Assembly: GCA_965153355.1 (NCBI GenBank)
Contig: OZ231126.1
Coordinates: forward strand, 13,702,001 to 13,766,000
Length of the DNA: 64,000 nt
Reading direction: 5' to 3'
Source of the DNA: Flaccisagitta enflata
Taxonomy: Eukaryota
Program-made: the position numbers and the translations under genes
Part shown: positions 41,913 through 57,620 of the stretch, in pieces
How positions within the stretch are numbered: position 1 is the stretch's first letter
How the letters are laid out: each line of letters begins with the position of its first letter
Notes under the pieces: model-generated
What the model was told of the DNA's origin: nothing
The model's database searches: none
What the model saw: the letters and a program-made list of their open reading frames with translations, nothing else

Positions 41913-42260
41913 TACGTCCCATAAAACGCCCCAAACTTCGACACTGACTCTCGTCAATCTTACCGTGGTTGAGGCTTGGTAAAAAAATATCCCATGCAAA
42001 ATTTCAGACCTTTGGAACTGCAGGAACCTTTTTTAGGGTGTCCATAAAATTTCCATAGAAATCTATAGCAGAGACAAAATTTGCATAATAGAAATATTGA
42101 TTCCAATGCTAATTCAATACAAACTTCAACCTCACCCTAACGAAGGTTCCTGCTATCTCAGAGGCCCAAAATTTTGCATGGAATATTTTTTTACCAAGCC
42201 TCAACTATGGTAAGAATGGTGAGAACCATAGTCAAAGTTTGGGGCGCTTCACGGGACGTA
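41913..42260. mobile_element. Palindromic MITE with TACG termini and an 8-bp TSD
   Basis: ATGCACGG|TACGTCCC ... GGGACGTA|ATGCACGG; inserted into the terminal hairpin of a HINE-like element. Confidence 0.85.
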
Positions 42261-42816
42261 ATGCACGGCTACCCCAGTCGCATTCGGGTGGGAGGGTCAG
42301 TGACAGAGGTCACTGAAGCATTTGGGCAGGAGCGGTGAATGTTTAAACGCCAAAAAATGAAAACAAGGCCGGATACACGGCCAATACCAGTCGCGGACGG
42401 GTGGGCAGGGGCAGAAATGCGTGTTTTCACACTTTCCAACTCGATCACCACGGACCGAACAACCAACCAACCAACCAACTGACGGACGGACGGACGGACG
42501 GACAAAGCCTCTTATAGAGTCGCTTGTCCGCGACTAAAAATGGGACGGATGGACATGGCTGGGAGTAGAGTCACATATCACCTGTCTAAAAAGGAGGTTT
42601 ATTGCAATTCATCATCTCACGTACTAGCAACTCTAAAAGAAGTTTTGTCTGTCTGTCCATCTGTTCCTCTGTCCATCAGTGCGTCCGTAATGCATCATTA
42701 TATAAGTTCTAAGTAATAATGCGCATTTGAGATGCCGAGCGTTCATATGTGTGTGTGTGTGTGTGGTGTGTGTGTGTGTGGTGTGTGTGTGTGTTTGTGT
42801 GTGTGTGTCTGTGTGT

Positions 42817-42862
<46 letters not shown>

Positions 42863-44737
42863 ATGAGTGTGTGCATGAGTGTGTGCATGAGTTTGTATGA
42901 GTGTGTATGATTGTAAGTGTGTGTGTGTGTACTGTGGAGAGTGGTTGTACGCTCCTGCTTTCCTGTCTGCAACAATATTGCAGTGTTACTAAGGGGATCC
43001 TAAGGAACTCCCATGACTCCTGAATGAGTGCTACAAAACAAAAGAAAGTTGCTTATTTTTCGACAGCGGTCCCAAAGGGGCTTATCACCTAATTAGATAT
43101 CCATAGATCCAAATTTCTCATTGCTCACGTGTACGTAATACTCCAGACTAGATTGCAATGGCTTATGAGTCAGTGTGACACTCGGTTTCCATGGAACAAA
43201 TTGAATACCACACAATTTTTGCCACTTTGGGCCCATTTTTTAAGCTTTGGGGGTTCTTTAAGGGGCCCCTTGAGGTCTGAATCACCCATCGTCCAATTTA
43301 TTTTTTCTGACCGTAGCTGTTCATGACCGATTATTCTTTGTAATCCTAGGGGTCCATAAAACAGAAAAAATGCTCATTTCATACCATTTTTTGAGCCACC
43401 ATGAGCCCTTGGGAGCCTTTAAGGGGCTCCTAGGGGTCCCAATTATCCGCTATCTATTTGTGCTTCTTTCTAATCTAGGTGGCCATAAAACAGGAATAAG
43501 TATAACACTCGGGTATTACATAACAGAAAAAATAACATTGCTCAGTTTTTACTATCATCGGACTATTCTTCAAAGCCCCAAGGGTCCTTGTAGGGGGCCC
43601 CTGTAGGTCCCAATCCATAGTTACCCACCTGTATCCCTCCCCTACACTAGATGCTGAAGTCTTATGGGTAAGTATAGAACTCATGAAAAAAAAAAAGAAT
43701 TCTGCTCATTTCCTCCACTTTTTAATACATTTAGAACCCTTGAGAGCCCTATAGGAGGGCCCCTAGGGCCCCTGGGGGGCCCAAAAGCCCGTTATCTATC
43801 AGTGCTTCTCCTTCTACACTTGACTGGTGGGCCGGAAATGTGTCTCAGGACTACAAAGCGGAAAAAAAGAATTTTGTTCTGTTTTTCCCTTGATTTGATA
43901 GACCCTGCTTTAAGCAAAGTCGCGTGGCGCCGCGTGACATTTAAGCTTATCCAAAAACCGATTTAGAACCCCCATGGGGAGTTCTATAAGCCTGACCCTG
44001 AACTTTTCGAGTCCATGTAAAAATCTGTTCATGCTGACAAGTTAAAAACTCCTTAATCATTTTTGCAAATATTGCATTAAATTTTTGGAGAAAAAAACTA
44101 CATACAATCATTCCCCAGTGTCAAATGAGTCCAAATCCTATATAAAATACATCTGTTAACTTAGTTTAACATAATATAAAACGATTTGACTGGATACAAA
44201 TTCGAAAATAGCACTCACCTACACTGTGTCTCCTTACATGTTTTCAATACGTCTTAGCATAAATCGAAACAATACTTTTTTGTGAAAATTTTACATCATT
44301 CGAATCGTCTGAGCGTCCTCGATTTCACTGTCAATAAATTATTTTTCTTTTTCTGATCATTTTGAGCCTAAGATTAAACAAATCAACCTATGTTTTGATA
44401 TAAAACAGATAGTGTAAACAAAGCTGGTTCCACGGGTTTACCCCTCTACCTTATTACTCTCTTTTCCTTTGCATGTACTTTGGCTAATGGAAAAAACTAT
44501 TCATTACAATATTTCGACTTCAATGAAACTGTTTGTTTTTTTATTCATGAGTTTTAAGAAGGTTGATTTCTGGAGGAGAGCGATCTCCACTTTTTTGAGT
44601 CAGACAGAATCTCAAAACGAAAGCGACTGGTATCATTCTTTATTGACTGACTGACTGTCTGACTGACTTACGGCCGTGAGTACAGTTCAGGTAAATGAAG
44701 GGTCCCCTTCATTACCAATGAGTATAGGTCATATGAC

Positions 44738-45503
<766 letters not shown>

Positions 45504-45859
45504 ATGACGAGATCTAAAATTTGAGACTTTTGATCACTAAAGAGGAAGTTTGTCTGATATGTAAAAAGAATCCGATGATATGATCAAATTTCACAGGTTT
45601 TACACAATTGGCTCTACTTGACAAATGTATGCTGCTAAGTTAGTGATTTTGCGACAAAGGGCTTCCGTAAGACTAATGGCGATGTGTATCGGAAGGTTTA
45701 CAAAATATGAACGCATTCGTCTCTATGTGTTCGTTGGCCCGTCCATTTGGGTGCTTCAACCTTAACCAATTTTAGTAAAGATTCACCTTTTTCCCACCCC
45801 CCTAATTAGGATAAAGGGGCTCAGCAGGGGATATGGACACCCTGGTTCCTTTTTTTTAA

Positions 45860-48800
45860 GAGTGCATCCCGCTGAAAAGCCTTATAAAACCTTTCTAGTT
45901 CATATGACTAAAGATGAAACTTCTTGAATGATAAAAACAATAAAAATTCATATAATACATGCTTTAAATGTGTTCTTTACATAAGAACCCTTTATTTCTG
46001 TGAAAACCAATGGGAAAACACATTTAACCTGGTTTCAATCTAACATATATAGATAGAGGCCCTTTACTAAAAGTTCATTGTTCTGGTACCTGAGGCCAAA
46101 AAATCCTCAACTTTTGTTTCAGTACAATCTCAATAGTCATAGGAAGCTACCCTGAATTGCATTCCAAAACGATAGGGTTCAAACATAAATTCAATTAGCG
46201 TTATTTTCTAAACGCTTGTTTGTTTATAAATATTCACACTACACTAGCAACAGAGTCAGCCCAATTTCTCATCGTCATATGGAGGTGCCAATTGTTTTGA
46301 GTCAGTCTAAGTCACTATCGAGGGCGCCTCTAGCGGATTTTGGGGTTAATTTTATTCTTTTTTCGATTATACCCCTAAAACAGAAGATCGGCAACAGCCA
46401 AAGTATAAGGAATAGCCTAGAATCCGCGGGTTGCACTATTTAAACAGATTTGAGCCCCAAATTTGTTTTGGTTTTATGGCATCTTTAGCCTTCTTAGGAT
46501 GCATATTAGGCATTGGTTGAGGTTTTCACAGATTTTTGTTGAAAAAATTGAGTTTTAGGGTCAAAATTGCGCAATATGCACAATTTTGTAAATTGACTAA
46601 CGCAAATGATTCATTATCATAGGTATGAGCCCAAAACTGGAAATAAATGACAATCATTAAATAAAGCAAGTCAATATAAACCACTGTAACAAGTTTGGCA
46701 CAAAAAAAAGATCAAAACATGAGATTAGTATCATAACCTTTCCCTTTAAGGAGTGCATCCCGCTGAAAAGCCTTATAAAACCTTTCTAGTTCATATGACT
46801 AAAGATGAAACTTCTTGAATGATAAAAACAATAAAAATTCATATAATACATGCTTTAAATGTGTTCTATACATAAGAACCCTTTATTTCTGTGAAAACCA
46901 ATGGGAAAACACATTTAACCTGGTTTCAATCTAACATATATAGATAGAGGCCCTTTACTAAAAGTTCATTGTTCTGGTACCTGAGGCCAAAAAATCCTCA
47001 ACTTTTGTTTCAGTACAATCTCAATAGTCATAGGAAGCTACCCTGAATTGCATTCCAAAACGATAGGGTTCAAACATAAATTCAATTAGCGTTATTTTCT
47101 AAACGCTTGTTTGTTTATAAATATTCACACTACACTAGCAACAGAGTCACCGCAATTTCTCATCGTCATATGGAGGTGCCAATTGTTTTAAGTCAGTCTA
47201 AGTCACTATCGAGGGCGCCTCTAGCGGATTTTGAGGTTAATTTTATTCTTTTTTCGATTATACCCCTAAAACAGAAGATCGGCAACAGCCAAAGTATAAG
47301 GAATAGCCTAGAATCCGCGGGTTGCACTATTTAAACAGATTTGAGCCCCAAATTTGTTTTGGTTTTATGGCATTTTTAGCCTTCTTAGGGTGCAAATTAG
47401 GCATTGGTTGAGGTTTTCACAGATTTTTGTTGAAAAAATTGAGTTTTAGGGTCAAAATTGCGCAATATGCACAATTTTGTAAATTGACTAACGCAAATGA
47501 TTCATTATCATAGGTATGGGCCAAAAACTGGAAATAAATGACAATCATTAAATAAAGCAAGTCAATATAAACCACTGTAACAAGTTTGGCACAAAAAAAA
47601 GATCAAAACATGAGATTAGTATCATAACCTTTCCCTTTAAGGAGTGCATCCCGCTGAAAAGCCTTATAAAACCTTTCTAGTTCATATTACTAAAGATGAA
47701 ACTTCTTGAATGATAAAAACAATAAAAATTCATATAATACATGCTTTAGATGTGTTCTTTACATAAGAACCCTTTATTTCTGTGAAAACCAATGGGAAAA
47801 CACATTTAACCTGGTTTCAATCTAACATATATAGATAGAGGCCCTTTACTAAAAGTTCATTGTTCTGGTACCTGAGGCCAAAAAATCCTCAACTTTTGTT
47901 TCAGTACAATCTCAATAGTCATAGGAAGCTACCCTGAATTGCATTCCAAAACGATAGGGTTCAAACATAAATTCAATTAGCGTTATTTTCTAAACGCTTG
48001 TTTGTTTATAAATATTCACACTACACTAGCAACAGAGTCAGCGCAATTTCTCATCGTCATATGGAGGTGCCAATTGTTTTAAGTCAGTCTAAGTCACTAT
48101 CGAGGGCGCCTCTAGCGGATTTTGAGGTTAATTTTATTCTTTTTTCGATTATACCCCTAAAACAGAAGATCGGCAACAGCCAAAGTATAAGGAATAGCCT
48201 AGAATCCGCGGGTTGCACTATTTAAACAGATTTGAGCCCCAAATTTGTTTTGGTTTTATGGCATTTTTAGCCTTCTTAGGGTGCAAATTAGGCATTGGTT
48301 GAGGTTTTCAAAGATTTTTGTTGAAAAAAATTGAGTTTTAGGGTCAAAATTGCGCAAAATGCACAATTTTGTAAATTGACTAACGCAAATGATTCATTAT
48401 CATAGGTATGGGCCCAAAACTGGAAAAAAATGACAATCATTAAATAAAGCAAGTCAATATAGACCACTGTAACAAGTTTGGCACAAAAAAAAGATCAAAA
48501 CATGAGATTAGTATCATAACCTTTCCCTTTAAACAGATTTGAGCCCCAAATTTGTTTTGGTTTTATGGCATTTTTAGCCTTCTTAGGGTGCAAATTAGGC
48601 ATTGGTTGAGGTTTTCAAAGATTTTTGTTGAAAAAAATTGAGTTTTAGGGTCAAAATTGCGCAAAATGCACAATTTTGTAAATTGACTAACGCAAATGAT
48701 TCATTATCATAGGTATGGGCCCAAAACTGGAAAAAAATGACAATCATTAAATAAAGCAAGTCAATATAGACCACTGTAACAAGTTTGGCACAAAAAAAAG

Positions 48801-50618
48801 ATCAAAACATGAGATTAGTATCATAACCTTTCCCTTTAAACAGATTTGAGCCCCAAATTTGTTTTGGTTTTATGGCATTTTTAGCCTTCTTAGGGTGCAA
48901 ATTAGGCATTGGTTGAGGTTTTCAAAGATTTTTGTTGAAAAAAATTGAGTTTTAGGGTCAAAATTGCGCAATATGCACAATTTTGTAAATTGACTAACGC
49001 AAATGATTCATTATCATAGGTATGGGCCCAAAACTGGAAAAAAATGACAATCATTAAATAAAGCAAGTCAATATAAACCACTGTAACAAGTTTGGCACAA
49101 AAAAAAGATCAAAACATGAGATTAGTATCATAACCTTTCCCTTTAAGGAGTGCATCCCGCTGAAAAGCCTTATAAAACCTTTCTAGTTCATATGACTAAA
49201 GATGAAACTTCTTGAATGATAAAAACAATAAAAATTCATATAATACATGCTTTAAATGTGTTCTTTACATAAGAACCCTTTATTTCTGTGAAAACCAATG
49301 GGAAAACACATTTAACCTGGTTTCAATCTAACATATATAGATAGAGGCCCTTTACTAAAAGTTCATTGTTCTGGTACCTGAGGCCAAAAAATCCTCAACT
49401 TTTGTTTCAGTACAATCTCAATAGTCATAGGAAGCTACCCTGAATTGCATTCCAAAACGATAGGGTTCAAACATAAATTCAATTAGCGTTATTTTCTAAA
49501 CGCTTGTTTGTTTATAAATATTCACACTACACTAGCAACAGAGTCACCGCAATTTCTCATCGTCATATGGAGGTGCCAATTGTTTTAAGTCAGTCTAAGT
49601 CACTATTGAGGGCGCCTCTAGCGGATTTTGAGGTTAATTTTATTCTTTTTTCGATTATACCCCTAAAACAGAAGATCGGCAACAGCCAAAGTATAAGGAA
49701 TAGCCTAGAATCCGCGGGTTGCACTATTTAAACAGATTTGAGCCCCAAATTTGTTTTGGTTTTATGGCATTTTTAGCCTTCTTAGGGTGCAAATTAGGCA
49801 TTGGTTGAGGTTTTCACAGATTTTTGTTGAAAAAATTGAGTTTTAGGGTCAAAATTGCGCAATATGCACAATTTTGTAAATTGACTAACGCAAATGATTC
49901 ATTATCATAGGTATGGGCCAAAAACTGGAAATAAATGACAATCATTAAATAAAGCAAGTCAATATAGACCACTGTAACAAGTTTGGCACAAAAAAAAGAT
50001 CAAAACATGAGATTAGTATCATAACCTTTCCCTTTAAGGAGTGCATCCCGCTGAAAAGCCTTATAAAACCTTTCTAGTTCATATTACTAAAGATGAAACT
50101 TCTTGAATGATAAAAACAATAAAAATTCATATAATACATGCTTTAAATGTGTTCTTTACATAAGAACCCTTTATTTCTGTGAAAACCAATGGGAAAACAC
50201 ATTTAACCTGGTTTCAATCTAACATATATAGATAGAGGCCCTTTACTAAAAGTTCATTGTTCTGGTACCTGAGGCCAAAAAATCCTCAACTTTTGTTTCA
50301 GTACAATCTCAATAGTCATAGGAAGCTACCCTGAATTGCATTCCAAAACAATAGGGTTCAAACATAAATTCAATTAGCGTTATTTTCTAAACGCTTGTTT
50401 GTTTATAAATATTCACACTACACTAGCAACAGAGTCACCGCAATTTCTCATCGTCATATGGAGGTGCCAATTGTTTTAAGTCAGTCTAAGTCACTATCGA
50501 GGGCGCCTCTAGCGGATTTTGAGGTTAATTTTATTCTTTTTTCGATTATACCCCTAAAACAGAAGATCGGCAACAGCCAAAGTATAAGGAATAGCCTAGA
50601 ATCCGCGGGTTGCACTAT
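45860..50618. repeat. 891-bp tandem array built from two TTAA-bounded modules (A about 580 bp with imperfect TIRs; B about 305 bp), order ABABABBBABA
   Basis: Near-identical ORF-track hits at 46216, 47107, 47998, 49504, 50395 (spacing 891, 891, 1506, 891); two extra B copies at about 48533-49146. Confidence 0.92.
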
Positions 50619-53600
50619 TAATTAGTTAATTTTAACCAAAATTGGGCTGAGTTGATAGTCCCGATCAATGCCAGAGGACAGCTCTAACAATACCCTTCCC
50701 TTAAAATGTTTTTTATATATTTTTCTAAAATACACTTAAAATTTTGTTTTAAATTGAAGAAATATGACACATTTAGTGAAAAGTATATACCTGAGGAATT
50801 TTGATAGCGTTTCAAAAAACCTTATATTAGGTATGTATGTGTATGTAATGGAAGCTTACACTATATAAATGTCCGTATTTTTTCAGATTTTCTTTAAAGT
50901 TTAATGTTTCTTATTTGGATAATTGTATGAGTTTTATTTAGGATGAATTGTTGCACACATCATATAGCAAAAGTTGGGAGATAATATGGAGTAGCAAAAA
51001 TCATGAAGATGACCTTTTTTTTTTAAATTCCTTCATCTTCTATTTTTGCTTTGGCGTTAAAGTTTCCACAGATTTGTTAGAATTCAGCAAAATCTTGTGT
51101 AATTTTGTTACAAAAAGGACAATTATTCATTTGGGAAAATCATGATGTTTATAAAAATGAACTAGAATATCAGAACATAAGCTATGAAAGAGGTTATAAA
51201 AAAGCAGAATTATAATTCTATGAAGAGTAAAAACTTTTAAAAGCTAATTCTAACAATGTCAGCATACTGTTTTATCCCACTGCATTATGCAAATTAGGTC
51301 CTCAGATACATTTTTTTAAAAAATGATGAAAGATTTTTTATAAAAAAAAAGTAAAGGTCCTAATATTGACTATTCCACATTGCGTAAAGAGGGCAAAAAG
51401 AAATAAACAACTTTTGCTATGTGAAGCACCCAACCCTGTCGGTTGGTAAGTAGGCATGTGGGCCACAAAAGATGAACTTGATATTCGAGAACCTTTTTTT
51501 AAAGCGAGCCAGCGAGCCCGTGGCTCTCTAATTTGCCGTCGGACTCTCACTTTTTGCTAGCTCTGAGCCCGGCGGGCTCTCTCTGATTTGGTGACACATT
51601 AGACTCAAGTGGATTTGATCATTTTTGTAAAATTTCAAAAGAGCAAACTTTCTATTTGCGTGTAGGCAGTTTCCACAATAAACTAGACTGGCGGAAATAA
51701 GGCGACTGAATTTGTTAACATTGATAAAAATGTCAAAATTTTATAATGGTTGCACCTATGAGCTTAAAATTTGAGCCCTATGCTCAGAATTTGATACTCT
51801 TTCAGATCATATGAAAAAAAATATTCCAATACTTAAAATGTGTTCAACTATGTTAGTTTTCATCGTAATCAGAGTAACATTAGAGTAACAGGGTGTTAAC
51901 ATTTTCCGTCACTCTCTTCAAAAATCAATATCTCTGGCTAGAATTGACATTAAGGTCTGAAATTTTGCATGTAACTTGGGTTATGTCTATACTAAAGGGG
52001 GAAAAAAGAAAATTTCCATAATACTTAAGATATTGTCATTTAAAGTATAGTATACTACTATATATCAAAATCAAATAAATCATCATTTTAGATACATCAA
52101 CTAAAAGTGAAATTTTTCCATAGTTAACAACAATTGGTCGCCATAAAATCTTTAGTTCTTCTTTAGGGATTGCAATTAAATAAAAATGACCCATAATTGG
52201 GTAGGCTTAATAATTTTTTCATATCTTTTTCAATGTGGTTTTAAGTGTGACATCAGTGTGACATGAAAAAGGGGGTGATTTTGGCTTATTCTTTGCTAGA
52301 TAGTAGGACTCGCAATAGTTAACTTTAACTAGCTAGTTAACTAGTTAAAATTCTAAAAAACCCTAAAGTTAACTAGTAGAAATTAACTGGTTAAAACAGT
52401 TAAAAATTTCTATGGAAATTTGGGGAAAAATCACTTATTTTCCCCTCAAATGACATGATTTTTGGTAAATTTTTTTTGTCTCAAAGAAAAATGTGGACAA
52501 TTGTAACACACAAACATAGAAACTCAAAGATTTCCTACCACAAACAATAGAACAAATATTATATATTGATTTCTGCAAGAATTGTATAAAAAAAGTTACG
52601 GTTTTGCTTAAGTCTTGCTTTTTATTAGGGAAAAATTTTAACTATTTTAGCTAGTTAACTAGGTGTAAATTGTAGTTAGTTAACTGTTAACTAGTTATAC
52701 AGGTTTTCATCCCTTACATACTTCCCCTCGTCGGCTACATACGTCCTCGAATGTAAAATTACAACGAAACAAAAAAACATATGACAAACCGGATGAAAAA
52801 CGGACAAGCCGAGAGGAGAAGTGAAAAAAATGTCTGTTTTCACTTGTCTTTTAATATTTCAATAGCGTAACTCAATGTGAAAGTTTGATGAGAAGACAAA
52901 ACAGTGATCCACCAGTATCCAGAGTGAAAGAGTAACTTATCCATCCTGACATTGGAAACGTAAGCGGCCATGACAAACAATGGAGATGTCGGATATCTCC
53001 TTTAGATGACGGAGATATTTTTGAGTTCCTTTGTCTTCTTCGAATCGGAAGAAGGCTGAGAAGATGAAGATGTAAACTGCATAACCGTTGGCGACGGTTA
53101 TAGCAGCCGAAGATGGCGGCGTTGGCAGCGGTTTTGATAGGTGCGCAAAGGGAGAAGGTTGCAAGTCCATAACAGAAGAAGCAGCTAAGGCTTTGCTTCC
53201 ACCGGCGTAGATATCAACCTTTAGTGGAATGACGGCGTACAGATATTGCCCATCCATTGGCGACAGATGAACAAGGAGGTGACAAGGGCGGCGTGCAGAT
53301 GTTGCTTATCCGTTGTCGTCTTCATCGTCGTTGTTCTATCGTCGTTGTCTTCATCGTTGTCGTCGTCATCGTCATGGAGAGGATCGATGGGAAATGAGAT
53401 AGTGGATGATATTCAGTATTTTTCTTTGGTGTATTGGACGATGGATCACGGGATGGAATGGGCTCAGGATTGACGAATAAACGGAGAAGATCGGGAATCG
53501 CATTTTGCCAAAGGGAATCTCGGAACAGGAATTGCGCGGTAAGGACGGACGGGCTAGGCCGAGAGGGAAAGAGATTGCGCGGGACCGGCATTGCACTCAT

Positions 53601-53750
53601 ATTTAAGGGGGCGTAGACGTATATAAGGGATTGTGAGAATGAACCAAAATGAGCGCAATTCAAAGACGAAGCGGCAAAGTCCAATGAGATCGTTAATGAA
53701 GACCCGCGGATTTCAATCGGAATAAGCACGGGCGGAGAGAGGGAGAGAGG

Positions 53751-53805
<55 letters not shown>

Positions 53806-55163
53806 TCTGCACGCGCATTGCATATCTGAAAGACAAGATACTCTCAAGAACTATTCAACATTAGTGATACTTTCACAGAACCTTTGGACGAGATGTTGAT
53901 GGCCATTTCCGTTTTCAACGAAGTGAAAACAGGAGTGGCGTTGGAGCGGGGTGGTCGCCTTCAGCAACAACCCAAGCCAAGGTTAGGGAATCCTCAGCGT
54001 CATCGATCCGCGAACGATGCACTTGCCGGAAGAATGGAGCGAATCTTTCTGATAGAGGAAGAAACTAATTGTTTGTGAAGCAGAGGTATAACAATTCTAA
54101 AATGAACAAGTCCGAGTCCTGCCACTTTTAAGCCTTATTTCCGAATGTGAATGTATTGCAGATAATGGCGTCATGGCAAAGTTGAAATTTAATAGTATCT
54201 TATTTTGACTTGTCTGGCCATGACAAGTAAAGGGAAATTTTTGAAGTGAAGTTTTCCGTTATTCAAGTCAGTCATTCAAGTCAGTCATTCAAGTCAGGTC
54301 AGGTACCCTTCCACGCAAGCACAAAATTGGATTATTCACGAGTTTTACTTTCCATTTAACCAATATCAATTTTCCATTGGTACGAAAAAGTCAGCACAAT
54401 TGATAACATATTTCCTTATTATTTGTTCTCAAGTGTTAGGAGTTTTTGGGTTTTTTTTTTTTTCATGGGACGAAAGAGGAGGATGTGAAAGAAGCAGAGG
54501 CGTAAGAAGGATGGACGTTACGTTTCTTCAAGCACGGTAATAATTGGATATCACTACTTTTCAGCCTTTTAGTTTTTAAAACATGATGTACTGAGCCTAA
54601 AATACAAATTTCATCATCATAGCTTGATAAAATCAACTGTCGATTTCCCATTATTTATCACCACTGCAAGGTGGTTGTGGTGAAAATGTTGAAATTTGAT
54701 AACTTTGGGCTCAATATTGGGTCACTTTGCTTTTGAAATTTGAACCAAAATCCATGAGATTATAAAACTAGAGCTCAAGAGCTAACTAGTGGTGCAATCC
54801 GCATGTTGCTATCATTTTTTGTTAAGATTTGAGAGCTTTTCGTAGATTGAAGGGTATGAGGGTTATTTTATCAGATGAATTTGGTGGTCAATTTTGACAT
54901 TTTTTACAATTTTTGATATATCTCCGCTTTGGATGGACTAATTTGGACGAAATTGGTGACCTAATTGAAGATTTTTTGATGCTCTGAATGAATCTGGTAA
55001 AATTTTTGATCGATATGACCCTCAAAATGTTTGGAAGACTCTTGAAGCAGGTGCTAACCAGTCGCCCAAAGGCAATATGTGGTCAGCGATACCCGTTGCC
55101 GTGCTTTGCATGATTGTGAATTTGAGTGAGGGGAAGCAGGGCAGCGGCCCCAAAGGGGATGTA

Positions 55164-55576
55164 CTACGCGAATCAAAAAAAAAAAGCCGCACCCTATTAT
55201 AGGTGAGTAGAAGAGGCAGAAAAAATAATTTTGAATTTTTTTTGTTGAATTGATTTTAAAGATTTTTGAATTTTCTTTCATTCTAGACCAATCCCAGGTC
55301 TCTATCTCAAACCGTTTAGAAGTTAGAGCTTGTCAAAGTTAACCACTTTTTTGTAAAAATGCTTATTTTTCAATAGGATTGCAAAACTGAAAATGGCAAT
55401 GTTTCCACTCTTTTTTATGCCATTTCTTAACGAATAAAGCTAGAAATACCAGATTGGAACCAAATGAAAGTTCTCTTTGAGAGCTTTAAAATGGTCTAAG
55501 ATTTTATTTGATTATTTGGAAATTCAATATGGTAAATTGTCATTTAAAAGTGCGGCTTTTTTATTGATTCGCGTAG
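55164..55576. mobile_element. TA-flanked MITE (CTAC family) splitting a HINE-like element
   Basis: TA|CTACGCGAATCAA ... TTGATTCGCGTAG|TA. Confidence 0.85.
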
Positions 55577-57087
55577 TAGTCCTGTAGAACACACGAGGAC
55601 TTTTGTTTGTCCTTCCATCCGTCTGTCCCGAGATGGCTGTGAAGGTAGAGGGCTGAAATGATGCCTGAGAAGCCAGATTCGAGGCCTGAGAGTGCTGATT
55701 TGAGGACTAGAAGGTCGGGAGGACTATATTGAGGTAAGAGGGCCTGAGAAAGCGGGCTTTAGGCCTGAGAGGGCAGATTTCAGGTCTGAGAGGGTAGATT
55801 TCAGGCCTGAGAGGGCAGATCTCAGACTGCAGTTTACAGAGATCAGGCTTCAGAGGGCAGATTTTCAGGCCTGAGACAGTGGATTTAAGGCCTGAGACAG
55901 CAGATTTCAGGCCTGAGAGGGCAGATTTCAGGCTGGAGAGGGTAGATTTCAGGCCTGGGAGGGTAGATTTCAAGCCTGAGTGGGCAGATTGTAGGCCCTG
56001 GGAAGGCAAAGATCAGGTCTGAGAGACAAACAGATGGACGGATAGAATGACAAACGAAAGTCCCCCGGTGTTCTACAGGATTTTGTCCCCTTTGGGGCCG
56101 CTGCCCAAAAAAATTTTTTCTCGCAATTTTGGCTACTATGGTCATATAATTTGGGCACTTCCGAGCTAGAAAAAGACAAAAAATTCATGAGCAAATTAAA
56201 CTACAGCTCAAGATCCAACCAGTGGTGCAGTCGGCATGTCAATATATTAAAGCATATAGATTTGGCAGAGCTTCAAAGATTAGTGGGAAACTCGAGAAGA
56301 AGGTGAAAAAAAGTCAACTTTTTGTCATTTTGGTTACTTTGGTCACAAATTTCAGGCTCTTTGGAGTTGGAAAACGAAATGAAATCCATGGGCAAATTAA
56401 ACAAATTACGCGTCCAGCCCCACCGACACTCCTCTGCCCTTCCCCCCCCACACACACAAAATGATATCTTAAAGGCTGTTTTTTGTCAATTTTTTGGGCA
56501 GCGTTCCCAAAGGGCTGATGTCACATAGGACACAGGGGTGAATTTCCATACGTCCTTCTGTCCATCCGTACGTCTGTACATCTGTTCCCACCAAGCTTCT
56601 CAAGCCTCAAATTCCCATTGAATATCACCACATTGGTCCCTCCAAAACGGAGATATATCAAAAATTGTAAAAAATGTCAAAATTGAACACCAAATTCATC
56701 AGGTAAAATAACCCTCACACCCTTCCATCTTTTTAGAGCTCTTTAATCTTAACAAAAAATGATAGCAACATGCGGAATGCACCACTGGTTACTCATGAAG
56801 CTCAAGTTTTATGATTCTATGGATTTTGGGTCAAATTTTTAAAGCGAAGTGGCTCAATTTTCAGCCCAAAATGAGCAAAATTACCATAAAATGTCATTTT
56901 ATTATACCTACTGATTTTTGAAGCTCTGCCAAATCTATACGCTTCAACATATTGACATGCCGATTGCACCACTGGTTAGATCTTGAGCTGTTTTGTCTAA
57001 TTTGCTCATGGATCTTTTTGTCTTTTTATAGCTCGGTGGTGCCCTAATTTTATGTCCAAAGTAGCCATAATGACAAAAAATTCTCTT

Positions 57088-57620
57088 TTTGGGCAGCGGC
57101 CCCAAAGGGCCGATGTCCTGTAGAACACAGGGGGGAATTTCCATATGTCCGTCCGTCCGTCCCCCCCCCATTGGCCATCAAGGCCTCAAATTTACCCTCC
57201 CAGCCCTAAATTTAGCCCTCCAGGCCTCAAATCAGCCTTTCAGGCTTCAAATCAGCCCCCCCCCGCCTCAAATCTGACTCAAATCTGACCTACAGACCTC
57301 AGATCTGCCCTCCAGACCTTCAATTAGGCCTCCAAGCATCAAATCTGCCCTCTGTGGCTCAAATTTGCCCTCCAAACCTCAAATCCACTCTCCAAGCCTT
57401 AATTCTGCCCTCCAGCCTTCAAATATGCCTTCTTTTGCCTGAATCAGTCATCTATTGCCTGAAATATACCCCCTCAGGACGTATGGAAATTCCCCCCTGT
57501 GTTCTACAGGACATCGGCCCTTTGGGGCCGCTGCCCTGCTCTCACTCCACTTCTTCACTGGATCACTCCCAGCAGGGCATCGGGTACCGCTGACCATGTG
57601 CGATCCTTGGATGACTAGTT
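57088..57620 (+). mobile_element. HINE/DINE-1-like element, family B (other copies about 5990-6730, 34665-35068, 55053-56108, 62317-62875, 63870-64000)
   Basis: T-run, GGGCAGCGGCCCCAAAGGG subTIR, (GTCC)n, about 20-bp central repeats, CCCTTTGGGGCCGCTGCCC, ends ATCCTTGGATGACTAGTT. Confidence 0.65.

Noticed and set aside
46216-50625. Five copies of a 75-aa ORF
   Set aside because: TTG start, no recognisable domain, lies inside a tandem repeat unit.
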